In this document: positions 1-8,950 of the stretch, piece by piece
Layout of the letters: the number at the start of each line of letters is the position of its first letter
How positions within the stretch are numbered: position 1 is the first letter of the stretch
From: an uncultured Planctomycetia bacterium
GTDB lineage: Bacteria; Omnitrophota; Gorgyraeia; 1-14-0-20-64-10
Length of the DNA: 64,000 nucleotides
Direction: 5' to 3'
Assembly: GCA_964373805.1 (NCBI GenBank)
Contig: CAYJWF010000002.1
Span: forward strand, 13,861-77,860
Translations under genes and position numbers: made by a program
The notes under the pieces: model-generated
What the model was told of the DNA's origin: nothing
Databases searched by the model: none
What the model saw: only the letters and a program-made list of their open reading frames with translations

Positions 1-655
1 GACGCCGGATACGCTCGCAGCGCGATGTCGAAAATTCCGCGGTCGGTGGATGGAAAACACAGGATGCGTTGGGTTCTGCGCCTTGTTGCCCCGGCACGTG
101 AGGAATCGAGTGGGTTACTTTGACGAGACCCTTCAGCCGATGTATTTTGAGGATGCCGACTACTCCCTTCGAATCCAAAACGCCGGTTTTCTCTGCGGGA
201 TCGCCCAAGGGGCCTACGTCTACCATCACGGCGGCGCTACCCTTCGGCACGATGGCTTACGGGGCAAGCGTTTTCAGGAGAATGAGGACCGCTTCTTTAA
301 GAAGTGGGCGAGACCCCGACCTCTGCGGATTGCCTGGATTCTTCCCCCTTCAGGTGAGGTGGACTCCCCCGAAGAAGCCAGGGAACGGATCCGTTCCCTG
401 GCCAATCAGGGACATAAGATCTGGGTCTTCTTGACCTCGAAGAATCGTCCTCTCGTGCCGGACCATCTGCAAGTCGTTCCGGTCCTGCTTCCCCGACTCG
501 GCTTTTCTCTTTTTGCGCGCTGGAAGATCCTCACCAGGAAGAAAAAGTACCACCAGATCCTTCATGGGGCGGCTGGGGCTGAAGGAAGCCCCACCACGGC
601 CCTCAGGCCGGCGGCTGTGGGCCGACGGGGATTCGAACCCCGCTCACAAGATTAA
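1..655 (+). CDS. Glycosyltransferase family 2, C-terminal portion (5' end outside window; 3' end uncertain, ORF runs into opposite-strand tRNA)
   Basis: Translation contains GT2 C-terminal signature (GCVGFCALLPRHV...FDETL...FEDADYSLRIQNAGF...YHHGGAT) resembling the ED-x-D...YH(K)GG region of family-2 glycosyltransferases; tail after ~residue 150 is low-complexity and overlaps tRNA-Lys. Confidence 0.45.
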   Translation, partial: TPDTLAARCRKFRGRWMENTGCVGFCALLPRHVRNRVGYFDETLQPMYFEDADYSLRIQNAGFLCGIAQGAYVYHHGGATLRHDGLRGKRFQENEDRFFKKWARPRPLRIAWILPPSGEVDSPEEARERIRSLANQGHKIWVFLTSKNRPLVPDHLQVVPVLLPRLGFSLFARWKILTRKKKYHQILHGAAGAEGSPTTALRPAAVGRRGFEPRSQD

Positions 656-689
656 AAGTCTCGTGCTCTTCCTACTGAGCTATCGGCCC
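618..689 (-). tRNA. tRNA-Lys (anticodon UUU)
   Basis: Reverse complement GGGCCGATAGCTCAGTAGG...GACTTTTAATC...GGTTCGAATCCCCGTCGGCCCA folds as cloverleaf: 7-bp acceptor, D arm AGCTCAGTAGGAAGAGC, anticodon loop CU-UUU-AA, T arm GGGGTTCGAATCCCC. Confidence 0.8.
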
Positions 690-690
690 G
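671..690. repeat. 20-bp direct repeat CCTACTGAGCTATCGGCCCG, left copy (inside 5' end of tRNA-Lys); putative att site
   Basis: Identical 20-mer recurs at 2987..3006. Confidence 0.6.
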
Positions 691-783
691 TCCCGCCATT
701 TTAACGGATTTTTCTCTTCGTTGCTAACCTTTGATGCTGTTCTGAGTTACTGCCGAGGTGTCTTGTTGTTGTTTGATGCTGTT

Positions 784-1060
784 TTAGGCTGTTGCGGAGT
801 GATTTGTTAGCGCTACGTTAGCAGGGACCAGGGAACCAAAAACCAAGTCGTCAAGCCTCCGTCCCATCTCTCCCTGTGCATCCGGCAACAGGTGCCCGTA
901 GACGTTAAGGGTGGTGGCCACCGAAGCGTGGCCAAGCTGATTCTGAATGAATTTTACGTTCTCCCCCTGGGCGATCAATAGCGCAGAGAAGGTGTGCGCA
1001 GGTCGTGGAATCGGATCCGACGTAATCCCGCCATCGCACCGGAGAACTTGCGATAATCAC
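784..1060 (-). pseudogene. Tyrosine recombinase (phage integrase) C-terminal remnant, frameshifted and N-terminally truncated
   Basis: Frame 1 (784..978) encodes IAQGENVKFIQNQLGHASVATTLNVYGHL (integrase box II with catalytic Tyr); adjacent frame (975..~1040) encodes GLRRIRFHDLRTPS (HxLR box). The two are consecutive but in different frames; no N-terminal/core-binding domain present. Confidence 0.55.
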
Positions 1061-1086
1061 CCTTATCGCAAGTAATCTCTGAAACC

Positions 1087-1776
1087 TTAAGCCGCCTTCT
1101 GGAAAGCGTGCTTGGTCCTTGTACCCAACGGAAATACCCTGAGGGAGACGTGGTATCCCAAAACCCACACGATCTTCTGAATGGTCGATAGGTTGCTGAA
1201 ATCCCCCTCCTCAATCTTGGAAATGTACTGCTGGGTTACACCGACTCTCTTTGCGAGCTGCCCCTGGTTCAGATGATGGTCGGCGCGGTATTTGACAATG
1301 AGGGAGGCAACCTTGGCCTTTTCCTCCTCCAACTCAAGCAGCTCCCGGAAGCGGGGGTCCTTGCTCTTCTCCCTGAAATGCTCGTCTACGCTCTTTAATC
1401 GGACTCTCATGGTCTTTCCCTCCGATGGCGATAATTTTGAGCTTAGATAAAGACGCCTACGGTCAGCCGCTAACTCGATCTCGTTCCTCGGCGCCTTTTG
1501 GGTCTTTTTCTTGAAAGCATTCGTAAAAATCACCTTGTCCCCATCGAAGAAGTACAGCACACGGAAATCCGAATCCCTCCCTGAGAACCGGAGCTCAAAA
1601 ATCCCACTTCCTAAACTCTTGGCGTGCGGCTCCATCAGCCTCGGGCCGAGGCTCTCCAAGATGGAGCGTTTGTAGGCGAACTTACGCTGAGCCACTTGGT
1701 CTATGCCGTCAATGAACCCCTCCACAGGGTAACGGCCCTGCTCGGTCCCAAAGTATGAGCAATGGTATGTGGTCAA
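1087..1776 (-). CDS. RelE/ParE-superfamily toxin (Gp49/HigB-like) fused in-frame to XRE-family HTH antitoxin (HigA-like)
   Basis: N-terminal 124 aa carry the Gp49-like motif GSGIFELRFSGRDSDFRVLYFF...VIFTNAFKKKTQKAPRNEIELA; C-terminal part (from internal Met at 1410, preceded by GGAGGG) has HTH LNQGQLAKRVGVTQQYISKIEEG. No stop codon separates toxin and antitoxin. Confidence 0.6.
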   Translation of the reverse strand: MTTYHCSYFGTEQGRYPVEGFIDGIDQVAQRKFAYKRSILESLGPRLMEPHAKSLGSGIFELRFSGRDSDFRVLYFFDGDKVIFTNAFKKKTQKAPRNEIELAADRRRLYLSSKLSPSEGKTMRVRLKSVDEHFREKSKDPRFRELLELEEEKAKVASLIVKYRADHHLNQGQLAKRVGVTQQYISKIEEGDFSNLSTIQKIVWVLGYHVSLRVFPLGTRTKHAFQKAA

Positions 1777-2131
1777 CCTTTTCTCATCCTCTTTTAAGTA
1801 TACAACCGAAATGTTGTAACTTCAAGGGTAAAATGCTCACCCTGTCAGCCGGATGGTATCGGTCGCATTGTCCTCTAGGTTCTCATAGCCCCGGAAGTAC
1901 CACAATTGCCCGCATTTGGCGGGGCGAGAGCTCCAAAATTACCGTCTCGCCGAAGTAATTCCCCACCTCTCTTTCTCGTCGGAAGCACTTACCAAATCGC
2001 TGTTTGGCAAAGGTAAGTACCTTACCCTCGCGGCATGCACCGTATGGGGAAAAGCATTTCCATTCGAACCAAAAGGGACCGAGGAGTCTCCAATTCAGTC
2101 CCGTTTTGGACGATTCCGACCTGATCCGAGC

Positions 2132-2401
2132 TCATGTGGCGATCGGAACCCGCTCCTGGTGGTACTTCTCCACCGCCTTCGTGACGTAGGCCATTGGGTT
2201 CTTCACCCCGTTGGCCGCCACGACCTTATCAACCAAGCGCTGGAAATCGCTGGCTAGAAGCTCTGGCCCGGGCCGATTGCCTTTGAAGCCCATCGGGAAC
2301 TGCGTCAGGATGGGAGACGGGTCGGCCTGCATCTTGGCTTCCAGTCGACGGAGGGAGGCATTGATCTTGTCGGCTTCCGGTCCGTCCAAGCGATCTTTCA
2401 A
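2132..2401 (-). CDS. Hypothetical small protein inside the tRNA-Lys islet
   Basis: 89-aa ORF, no recognisable motif; only open frame of size in the 1.8-2.9 kb islet interior. Confidence 0.2.
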   Translation of the reverse strand: MKDRLDGPEADKINASLRRLEAKMQADPSPILTQFPMGFKGNRPGPELLASDFQRLVDKVVAANGVKNPMAYVTKAVEKYHQERVPIAT

Positions 2402-2986
2402 CAGGTCGTCCTGCCTTTCCGTATTCCCGTCAGAAGGACGGATAGGACGGTTAGGTATGGAAGGGACGGACGGACTGGAAGGGCATGGATTAGCAGGGTT
2501 CCTGGCAGGAATGCCGTCAGCATTGCTACCAGCATTGCTATCAGCATCCGCTGATTTCTCGGGGAGCTTCCCAGACTACAGGATCCTGAGGGTAAATCAT
2601 AACCCCGCCCGAGGCCTTGCGGCATGTCGAGCGGGGAGCAATTAAAATCATCAATGCTTGGTCCTGCCTAAAGTATACCCGAGTCGGGGGCTTTCAACAA
2701 GGGAATTCTGTGTCCTAGATAGGTTTCGCGGGGGAGGGGGGCGTAGCCAGAAAAAGATCCTAACACGCTCGCTGGCACTGGCTCCCACCGATCTATAAGT
2801 TACAGTAAGAGGGTACCGGTTAGATCCAACAGGGTACGGGTGGTTGCCATGAATCTCCCCTAGGGTTATATAGCCCCACTTTGAGGCCAAAAAGGGACCT
2901 GGCGGAGAATCTTGTTAGCAGGGTGTTAGCGGGAAAGGAATTGCTAAAATACAACTATCTGGCATCCTTAAGGTTATGGGGGGTAA

Positions 2987-3006
2987 CCTACTGAGCTATC
3001 GGCCCG
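2987..3006. repeat. 20-bp direct repeat, right copy (orphan 5' tRNA-Lys fragment); putative att site
   Basis: CCTACTGAGCTATCGGCCCG identical to 671..690; flanks differ. Confidence 0.6.
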
Positions 3007-3117
3007 AGAAGCGAGAGCGGATACTAACACGATTCATGCAAGTTGATCCGTTCACCCTGAGCAAAGTCGAAGGGTGAACGGGATAGGACACAGAAGTTAA
3101 CACGTTTGTATTAGGCT

Positions 3118-3705
3118 CTAAACGACTTTGAGTTCCGCCTCTTTGGCGGCGAGCAGTTCTTCGACCTTAGCCTGATAGCGGTCGGTGAGTTTCTGAAGTT
3201 GATCCAATCCCTTAAACTTCTCGTCCTCGGGGATCGCCTTATCCTTGAAAAGCCTCTCGATGGCCTCCTTGGCGCCGTGGCGGATCGTTCGAAGGGAGAT
3301 CCGTCCCTCCTCGGCTTGGCCGTGGACCAATTTGGTCAACTCCTCCCGCCTTTCCGTCGATAAAGGAGGAATCGAAACCCGCAAGACCTTCCCATCGTTC
3401 AAGGGAGTAAGCCCCAGACTGGATTTTAAAATCGCCTTCTCCATCTCCGGTAGAATCTTCAAATCCCACGGCTGAACGATGAGAAGCTGGGGATCAGGAC
3501 AGTGGATCGAGGCCAACTGCTTAAGCGGCGTAGGCGTCCCGTAGTACTCGACCCGAACTCCCTCCACCAAGGCCGGGGTGGCTCGTCCGGTGCGAACGCT
3601 CGAGAATTCCCGGATCACCGCTTCCAATGCCCTTTGCATCTTGGCTTCGGTTTCTTTTAAAACCGTTGGGACATTGATGACGATCGGCTTCGATTCGGTT
3701 GACAT
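3118..3705 (-). CDS. frr: Ribosome recycling factor
   Basis: 195 aa; VRTGRATPALVEGVRVEYYGTPTPLKQLASI... typical RRF; synteny frr-pyrH-tsf-rpsB. Confidence 0.9.
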   Translation of the reverse strand: MSTESKPIVINVPTVLKETEAKMQRALEAVIREFSSVRTGRATPALVEGVRVEYYGTPTPLKQLASIHCPDPQLLIVQPWDLKILPEMEKAILKSSLGLTPLNDGKVLRVSIPPLSTERREELTKLVHGQAEEGRISLRTIRHGAKEAIERLFKDKAIPEDEKFKGLDQLQKLTDRYQAKVEELLAAKEAELKVV

Positions 3706-3717
3706 TTTTAGAATCCT

Positions 3718-4452
3718 CTATTGAACCACGGTTCCAATCGCTTCCCCCAGGACCACCCGCTTGATGTTTCCTGAGCGCGCCAAGTTGAACACGATGATCG
3801 GCAACCGGTGCTCCATGCAGAGGGTCACCGCGGCCGCGTCCATCACTTTAAGCTCCTTCTTCAGCAAATCGATGTAGTGCAGGGAGGTGTACTTCGTGGC
3901 TTTGGAGTATCGGTGGGGATCGGCCGAATAGATCCCGTCCACTTTAGTGGCTTTTAGAACCGCCTCCGCGTCCACCTCCATGGCCCGAAGGGCCGCGGCG
4001 GTATCGGTGGAAAAATAAGGATTGCCGGTTCCTGCGGCGAATACCACCACCCGCCCTTTCTCCAGATGGCGGATCGCCCGGCGGCGGATGTACGGCTCGG
4101 CCAACTCCTCCATCTGAATCGCCGTTAAGACCCGGGTGAAACAGCCCTGCTTCTCTAAGGCATCCTGCAGCGCCATGGCGTTGATCACGGTGGCCAACAT
4201 CCCCATGTAATCGGCGGTCGTGCGATCAATCCCCTGGGAACGGGCCGTCGCCCCGGTGCCTCGGAAAATGTTCCCCCCCCCAATCACGACACCAATCTGA
4301 ACGCCTAAGCCCTGGATCTCTTTGAGCTGTGCGGCAATGCGGTGGGTGACGACGGCATCGATCCCAAAACCGGTTTCACTGGACGCCAACGCCTCGCCGC
4401 TTAACTTGAGCACAATCCGGTGGTAAACGGGGCGAGGGGCCTTCTTAGGCAT
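3718..4452 (-). CDS. pyrH: UMP kinase
   Basis: 244 aa; [11 protein letters not shown]...[11 protein letters not shown] amino-acid kinase fold signature of PyrH. Confidence 0.9.
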   Translation of the reverse strand: MPKKAPRPVYHRIVLKLSGEALASSETGFGIDAVVTHRIAAQLKEIQGLGVQIGVVIGGGNIFRGTGATARSQGIDRTTADYMGMLATVINAMALQDALEKQGCFTRVLTAIQMEELAEPYIRRRAIRHLEKGRVVVFAAGTGNPYFSTDTAAALRAMEVDAEAVLKATKVDGIYSADPHRYSKATKYTSLHYIDLLKKELKVMDAAAVTLCMEHRLPIIVFNLARSGNIKRVVLGEAIGTVVQ

Positions 4453-4454
4453 GG

Positions 4455-5039
4455 TCAGCCGGAGGCAGCTTCCGAGGAATTCAACCGTTCCCCAAGAGAG
4501 AACCGGACGAATCGCCGAATCACGATGTTCTCTCCGAGGGCTAAAACGGAATCGTGGAGCAGATCCTGGATCGTCTTGGTGGGATCCTTCACGTACGGCT
4601 GGTCGAGCAAGACCCGCTCTCGATAGAACTCCTCCATGTGGGCCTGCTGCATCGGCTGGGCGGCTTCGTCGTCAACGTCCTGAATCTCTTCGTGAAGATC
4701 CGTCAACGCCTCGCTAATCTCTTCCGGAGAGACCTCTTCTCGACGGACGTGGCGAGGGTTCATGGAAGCCACCTGGAGGCAGAGCGCCTGAACGAAATCC
4801 TTGAAAAGATCCGTGCGGGCCACCGAATCGGTCTCGCAGCTGACCTCCACGAGAACCCCGATGCGGCCCTGATGCACATAACTGGCGATCAAACCGAACT
4901 TCGCCTCTCGCTCAGCGATCTGCGCCGCGAGGGAGGCCCCTTTCGCCCGCAGGCGCTTCACCGCCTCTTCCATATCCCCGCCCGTCTCGGTGAGGGCTTC
5001 CTTGCAGGCTAAGTAGCCGGCGCCGGTTCTCTCCCGCAA
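4455..5039 (-). CDS. tsf: Elongation factor Ts (short form); start uncertain (TTG at 5039, or ATT/ATA at 5069/5075 directly after rpsB stop)
   Basis: [34 protein letters not shown] = EF-Ts N-terminal UBA-like motif; in-frame upstream extension ILTTEQIRT is open to the rpsB stop. Confidence 0.85.
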   Translation of the reverse strand: MRERTGAGYLACKEALTETGGDMEEAVKRLRAKGASLAAQIAEREAKFGLIASYVHQGRIGVLVEVSCETDSVARTDLFKDFVQALCLQVASMNPRHVRREEVSPEEISEALTDLHEEIQDVDDEAAQPMQQAHMEEFYRERVLLDQPYVKDPTKTIQDLLHDSVLALGENIVIRRFVRFSLGERLNSSEAASG

Positions 5040-5071
5040 GGTCCTGATCTGTTCCGTCGTAAGGATAATCC

Positions 5072-6016
5072 TTATTCCTCTTTCCCTTTAACCTTGGGGT
5101 CAGCCTTAGGTTTGGCCACCCGCTTCTTCTTAGGGATAACCGGCCCCGTCTCCTCCACCTTCAAGACCTCCTCAGGAACAACGATCTGCTCAACCACTTC
5201 GTCCCCTACGGGAAGCCCCTCCACGGGAGGAATCGCCGTCTCCACCGGCGCCGCCTCCGGGGACTCTTCTGGTGCAGGAATCGGATCCACTGGACTCTCC
5301 GCCTCCGCGGCCGGCGGCGCCAGACCCGCCCGGTAAACTTGGACCCCTTCCAAGATCGCGTCGGCTAAAAGAGAGGTGACGAGCTGGATGGAGCGGATCG
5401 CGTCGTCGTTGCCGGGGATCACATGGGCAAAGGGATCCGGATCGCTGTTCGTGTCCACCAAACCGACGATCGGGATCCCCAATCGGCTCGCCTCCTTGAC
5501 GGCCGTTTCTTCCCGCTTGGCGTCGATCACGTAGAGGGCCTTCGGGAGATGATCCATCTCGATGATTCCGGTTAAGGCCTTCTCCAATTGGGCCAATTTC
5601 TTCTCTTTTCGGGAAGCCTCCCGCTTCTTCAGGCGGTCCAAGGTCCCATCCTGGCTCCACATGCGCAGGGTCTTCAGCCGCTCCACCGACTTGCGGATCG
5701 TTTGAAAGTTGGTCAAGAGCCCTCCCAGCCAGCGCAGGTTCACGTAAAACTGCCCGCAGCGGGTAGCCTCTCGCGCGATGATCTCCTGCCCTTGACGTTT
5801 GGTTCCCACGAAAAGGATTGCCCCTCCCTGGGTGGCCACGGAACGGAGGAACTCGCGCGCCCCGGCGAGGGCGGCGTTCGTCTTCTCGAGATCCAAGATG
5901 TAAATCCCGTTCTTCTGGCCAAAGATGAACCGCTTCATCTTGGGGTTCCAACGGCGGGTCTGGTGCCCAAAATGGACCCCGGCTTCCAGCAGATCCTTAA
6001 TCAATGGTTCGACCAT
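5072..6016 (-). CDS. rpsB: 30S ribosomal protein S2 with ~85-aa Pro/Glu/Ala-rich C-terminal extension
   Basis: MVEPLIKDLLEAGVHFGHQTRRWNPKM... canonical S2; tail AEAESPVDPIPAPEESPEAAPVETAIPPVEG...KKKRVAKPKADPKVKGKEE. Confidence 0.9.
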   Translation of the reverse strand: MVEPLIKDLLEAGVHFGHQTRRWNPKMKRFIFGQKNGIYILDLEKTNAALAGAREFLRSVATQGGAILFVGTKRQGQEIIAREATRCGQFYVNLRWLGGLLTNFQTIRKSVERLKTLRMWSQDGTLDRLKKREASRKEKKLAQLEKALTGIIEMDHLPKALYVIDAKREETAVKEASRLGIPIVGLVDTNSDPDPFAHVIPGNDDAIRSIQLVTSLLADAILEGVQVYRAGLAPPAAEAESPVDPIPAPEESPEAAPVETAIPPVEGLPVGDEVVEQIVVPEEVLKVEETGPVIPKKKRVAKPKADPKVKGKEE

Positions 6017-6042
6017 AGTAAACCAAGAGTATACCTTAAAAG

Positions 6043-6078
6043 GGTGCCAGGCACCATTTTAAAAAGGTGCCTGGCACC
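6043..6078 (-). terminator. Stem-loop (13-bp perfect stem GGTGCCAGGCACC / GGTGCCTGGCACC, 10-nt AT loop) between msbA-like gene and rpsB; candidate terminator/operator
   Basis: Perfect inverted repeat seen directly; on minus strand followed by CTTTTAAGG. Confidence 0.4.
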
Positions 6079-6080
6079 TA

Positions 6081-7946
6081 TCAAGGCGCAACCTGCAATT
6101 CGTAGAGGCGACGATAGACGGAAGAGGCCTCCATCAGCTCCTGGTGACGTCCGCTTCTCGTGGCCCGGCCTTGGTCCAGCACGACGATCCGATCGACGTT
6201 TCGAATGGTCGAGAGACGGTGTGAGATGATGAAAACGGTCCGCCCCCGCATCAATCGATCCAAGGCCTCTTGCACCAGAGCCTCCGATTCCGAATCCAAC
6301 TGGGATGTCGCCTCATCGAGAATCAGGATCGGCGGATCCTTGAGCAGCGCCCGGGCAATGGCAATCCGTTGACGTTCCCCGCCTGATAAACGGGCGCCTA
6401 ATTCCCCTACGGCGGTGTCGTAGCCTTGGGGGAGACGTCGGATAAAACCGTCCGCGTTGGCTGCCTGGGCGGCTCGAACGACTTCTTCCAAGCTGGCCGT
6501 CGGCTTTCCAAAAGCGATGTTGTTCCGGATCGTGTCGTGGAACAGAAACGGCTCTTGGGTCACCAGACCGATTTGGTTCCGAAGAGAAAGTAGGGTGACC
6601 TTCCGAAGGTCCAGGCCATCGATGGAGACGCGGCCGCGGGCCGGATCGTAGAAACGAGGGAGGAGGTTCACCAACGTCGTCTTCCCCGATCCACTCGATC
6701 CCGCAATGGCCACCACCTCCCCCCTGCGGACGGTGAGGTCCACCCCTTGAAGCACAAAGGAGCCCCTCGCTGAGGCTCGGGACTTTTCTGGACTGGCCGC
6801 TGGCGCAGTCAGAAACGTAGAGGAAGGAGCCTGGCTGGCAGGCCGGTACTGAAACCAAACCTCTTCAAATCGGATCTCCCCCTTAAAACCTGGAAGGTCA
6901 AAAGCCCCGGGCTCCTCTCGGACAGAGGGTTGAATCTCCAGCGTCTCCACCACCCGTTTGGCCGCGGTCAAGGCCTGTTGGTTGACCGAATGGAGCCGGC
7001 TCAATCGTTTCACCGGCTGGTAGAGGGAGAGGAGGGCCGCCAGGAAGAAAACGATCGTTCCGGGCGAAAGTTGGCCGTTCAGCACCGCCCGGCCTCCCAC
7101 CTCCAGCACGATCAGCCCTCCGGCCATGCTGATCAAGTCGGTGATTCCGGCTAGGGCCTCCCGGCGCTTGACCGTCTTGACGTTGGCCTTGTAATACTGC
7201 TGGTTGATCGCCGCGAAACGGGCCCCCTCCTTCTCCTCAGCGGAAAAGGCCTTGACGACTCGGATCCCCTGCAAGGTCTCGATGAGCCGACTGTTCAAGT
7301 CGGCCATCCGATCCTGCACCTGGAATCCTAACTTCCGCAGGGCCTTGCCGATCCGGACAATCGGATAGCCCAGAGCCGGCAACAACAGAAGCGTCACAAA
7401 AGCCAGCTTCCATTGGATGGAAAAAACGATTCCCAGGAAAACGGCCACCTGGGCCGTCTGGTAAACCAGGTCGGTGATCCCCTCGGTGATCGTGTTCTGC
7501 AGCACCGAAACATCGTACGTGATCCGTGAGACCAATTCCCCGGTCCGCTCACCGCTGAAGAAATCCAGCGACAGCCGATGGTACTGGCGGTAGAGGGCGT
7601 TTCGGACGTCCCTTAAGAACCGGGCCGAGACATCGTTCATCAGGTAGGTCTGGTAGAAGAGAACCAGGTTCTTCAAGAGGAACAGGACCACCATGGCGAT
7701 CGCCAGAAGGTGCAGCCGCTGGGCGGGATCTACCGCTTGGAACCGTTCGATCCACCCCACCACCGGGCCCGGAACCCAAGGGGGAAGCTGGACCGTTCGG
7801 TTTAAAAGGACGATGTCCACCAACGGGACCAGCATCCCGAGTGATACCCCTTTAAAAAGACTGGACACCAGCATGCAGAACGCGGCCACCCCCAACAGGC
7901 CAACGTGGGGTTTAAGAAACGGAAGTAATTTGGTGTAAATCTTCAC
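6081..7946 (-). CDS. ABC transporter permease/ATP-binding protein, MsbA-like lipid exporter, carrying an in-frame ~20-aa repeat-element insertion
   Basis: Six-TM N-terminal domain plus NBD with Walker A GSSGSGKTT, LSGGERQR signature, Walker B ILILDEATS; extra segment ASQAPSSTFLTAPAASPEKSRASARGS between the YRP motif and the VLQGVDL strand. Confidence 0.85.
   Translation of the reverse strand: MKIYTKLLPFLKPHVGLLGVAAFCMLVSSLFKGVSLGMLVPLVDIVLLNRTVQLPPWVPGPVVGWIERFQAVDPAQRLHLLAIAMVVLFLLKNLVLFYQTYLMNDVSARFLRDVRNALYRQYHRLSLDFFSGERTGELVSRITYDVSVLQNTITEGITDLVYQTAQVAVFLGIVFSIQWKLAFVTLLLLPALGYPIVRIGKALRKLGFQVQDRMADLNSRLIETLQGIRVVKAFSAEEKEGARFAAINQQYYKANVKTVKRREALAGITDLISMAGGLIVLEVGGRAVLNGQLSPGTIVFFLAALLSLYQPVKRLSRLHSVNQQALTAAKRVVETLEIQPSVREEPGAFDLPGFKGEIRFEEVWFQYRPASQAPSSTFLTAPAASPEKSRASARGSFVLQGVDLTVRRGEVVAIAGSSGSGKTTLVNLLPRFYDPARGRVSIDGLDLRKVTLLSLRNQIGLVTQEPFLFHDTIRNNIAFGKPTASLEEVVRAAQAANADGFIRRLPQGYDTAVGELGARLSGGERQRIAIARALLKDPPILILDEATSQLDSESEALVQEALDRLMRGRTVFIISHRLSTIRNVDRIVVLDQGRATRSGRHQELMEASSVYRRLYELQVAP
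6759..6817 (-). repeat. Family-1 ~58-bp repeat element, copy inside msbA-like CDS (in-frame)
   Basis: Reverse complement CGTTTCTGACTGCGCCAGCGGCCAGTCCAGAAAAGTCCCGAGCCTCAGCGAGGGGCTCC matches copies at 15504, 49480, 50754, 55066. Confidence 0.75.
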
Positions 7947-7975
7947 CGAGACCTACATTTTATCATGCTATACTA

Positions 7976-8950
7976 TTGCACCACAATATGAAACCGATAG
8001 GAGCCAAACCGATTAAGGTCGCCGTGATTGGGTGCGGCCATTTAGGAACCATTCACGCCCGGATCTATTCGGAACTTCCTTTTGCGCAATTGGTTTCGGT
8101 CTGTGACATCCTTCCAGATCGGGCCGAGTCGGTCGCCCGCCAATATGGCGGCCTTCCCCTCACCCATTTTCGAGAGCTGCTGGATCGGGTGGAGGCGGTT
8201 TCGATCGCGGTACCCACCCCCCTTCACTTTTCCTTGGCCAAGGCTTTTCTCTCCCGGGGAATCCACGTCTTAGTCGAAAAACCGATCACCCGCACGGTCC
8301 GAGAAGCAGATCGGCTTCTTCAACTGGCCAACGAATCCAAAGCGATCTTCCAGGTCGGCCACGTGGAACGATTCAACGCGGCCCTTCGGAAGGTGACCGA
8401 TCTCTTGAAAGACCCGCGGTTCATCGAGGTCCATCGCCTCGCCCCCTTTCAGCCCCGTGGAACCGAGGTGGGCGTCGTTCTGGATCTCATGATCCACGAC
8501 ATCGACATCCTCTTGGGGCTCGTGAAGAGCCCCATCCACCGCATCGAGGCGGTGGGGGTGAAGGTTCTTACCCCTTTTGAAGACATCGCCAACGCTCGAA
8601 TCTCTTTTGTAAACGGGGCCGTGGCCAATCTAACCGCGAGCCGGATCTCTAAAGAGGCGATGCGGAAGTTCCGGATTTTCCAAACCGACGCCTACGTGTC
8701 GATCGATTTCTTAAGTCCCGCGGCCGACCTCTACCAACATCGGGACGGTCAAATCCTCCATGAGACTCTCGCCATCCCTCAGGAAGAGCCGCTCAAGGCG
8801 GAGCTGGAGGCTTTCCTGGAATCGATCCATCATCGCCGTCCTCCGGTGGTCTCGGGGCCTGAGGCCCGCGAAGCCTTGAACGTGGCCTTAAAGATCACCC
8901 GCCAAATCGAGCGTCAGGTCCAGAAGGGGCTCATCCCCTCCCACAGATGA
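7976..8950 (+). CDS. Gfo/Idh/MocA-family NAD(P)-dependent oxidoreductase (GnnA-like candidate), translationally coupled to lpxB; likely true start ATG at 7988
   Basis: N-terminal Rossmann motif IKVAVIGCGHLGTIHA, EKP motif (VLVEKPIT); stop overlaps lpxB start (8947..8950). Confidence 0.8.
   Translation: MHHNMKPIGAKPIKVAVIGCGHLGTIHARIYSELPFAQLVSVCDILPDRAESVARQYGGLPLTHFRELLDRVEAVSIAVPTPLHFSLAKAFLSRGIHVLVEKPITRTVREADRLLQLANESKAIFQVGHVERFNAALRKVTDLLKDPRFIEVHRLAPFQPRGTEVGVVLDLMIHDIDILLGLVKSPIHRIEAVGVKVLTPFEDIANARISFVNGAVANLTASRISKEAMRKFRIFQTDAYVSIDFLSPAADLYQHRDGQILHETLAIPQEEPLKAELEAFLESIHHRRPPVVSGPEAREALNVALKITRQIERQVQKGLIPSHR

Noticed and set aside
2398-2645. Low-complexity ORFs (2211-2645, 2398-2625) with GGACGG/CAGCATTGCTA repeats inside the tRNA-Lys islet
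   Set aside because: Simple-sequence composition and overlapping frames; more likely decayed DNA than genes.
5190-5951. Long antisense/alternate-frame ORFs (e.g. 5190-5951, 6313-6858, 14102-14815, 16633-17406, 19159-19965, 20248-21009, 42537-43355, 43153-43887, 51044-51838)
   Set aside because: They overlap strongly supported genes on the other strand or frame, have Arg/Pro/Gly-rich composition typical of spurious ORFs in high-GC DNA, and carry no motifs.
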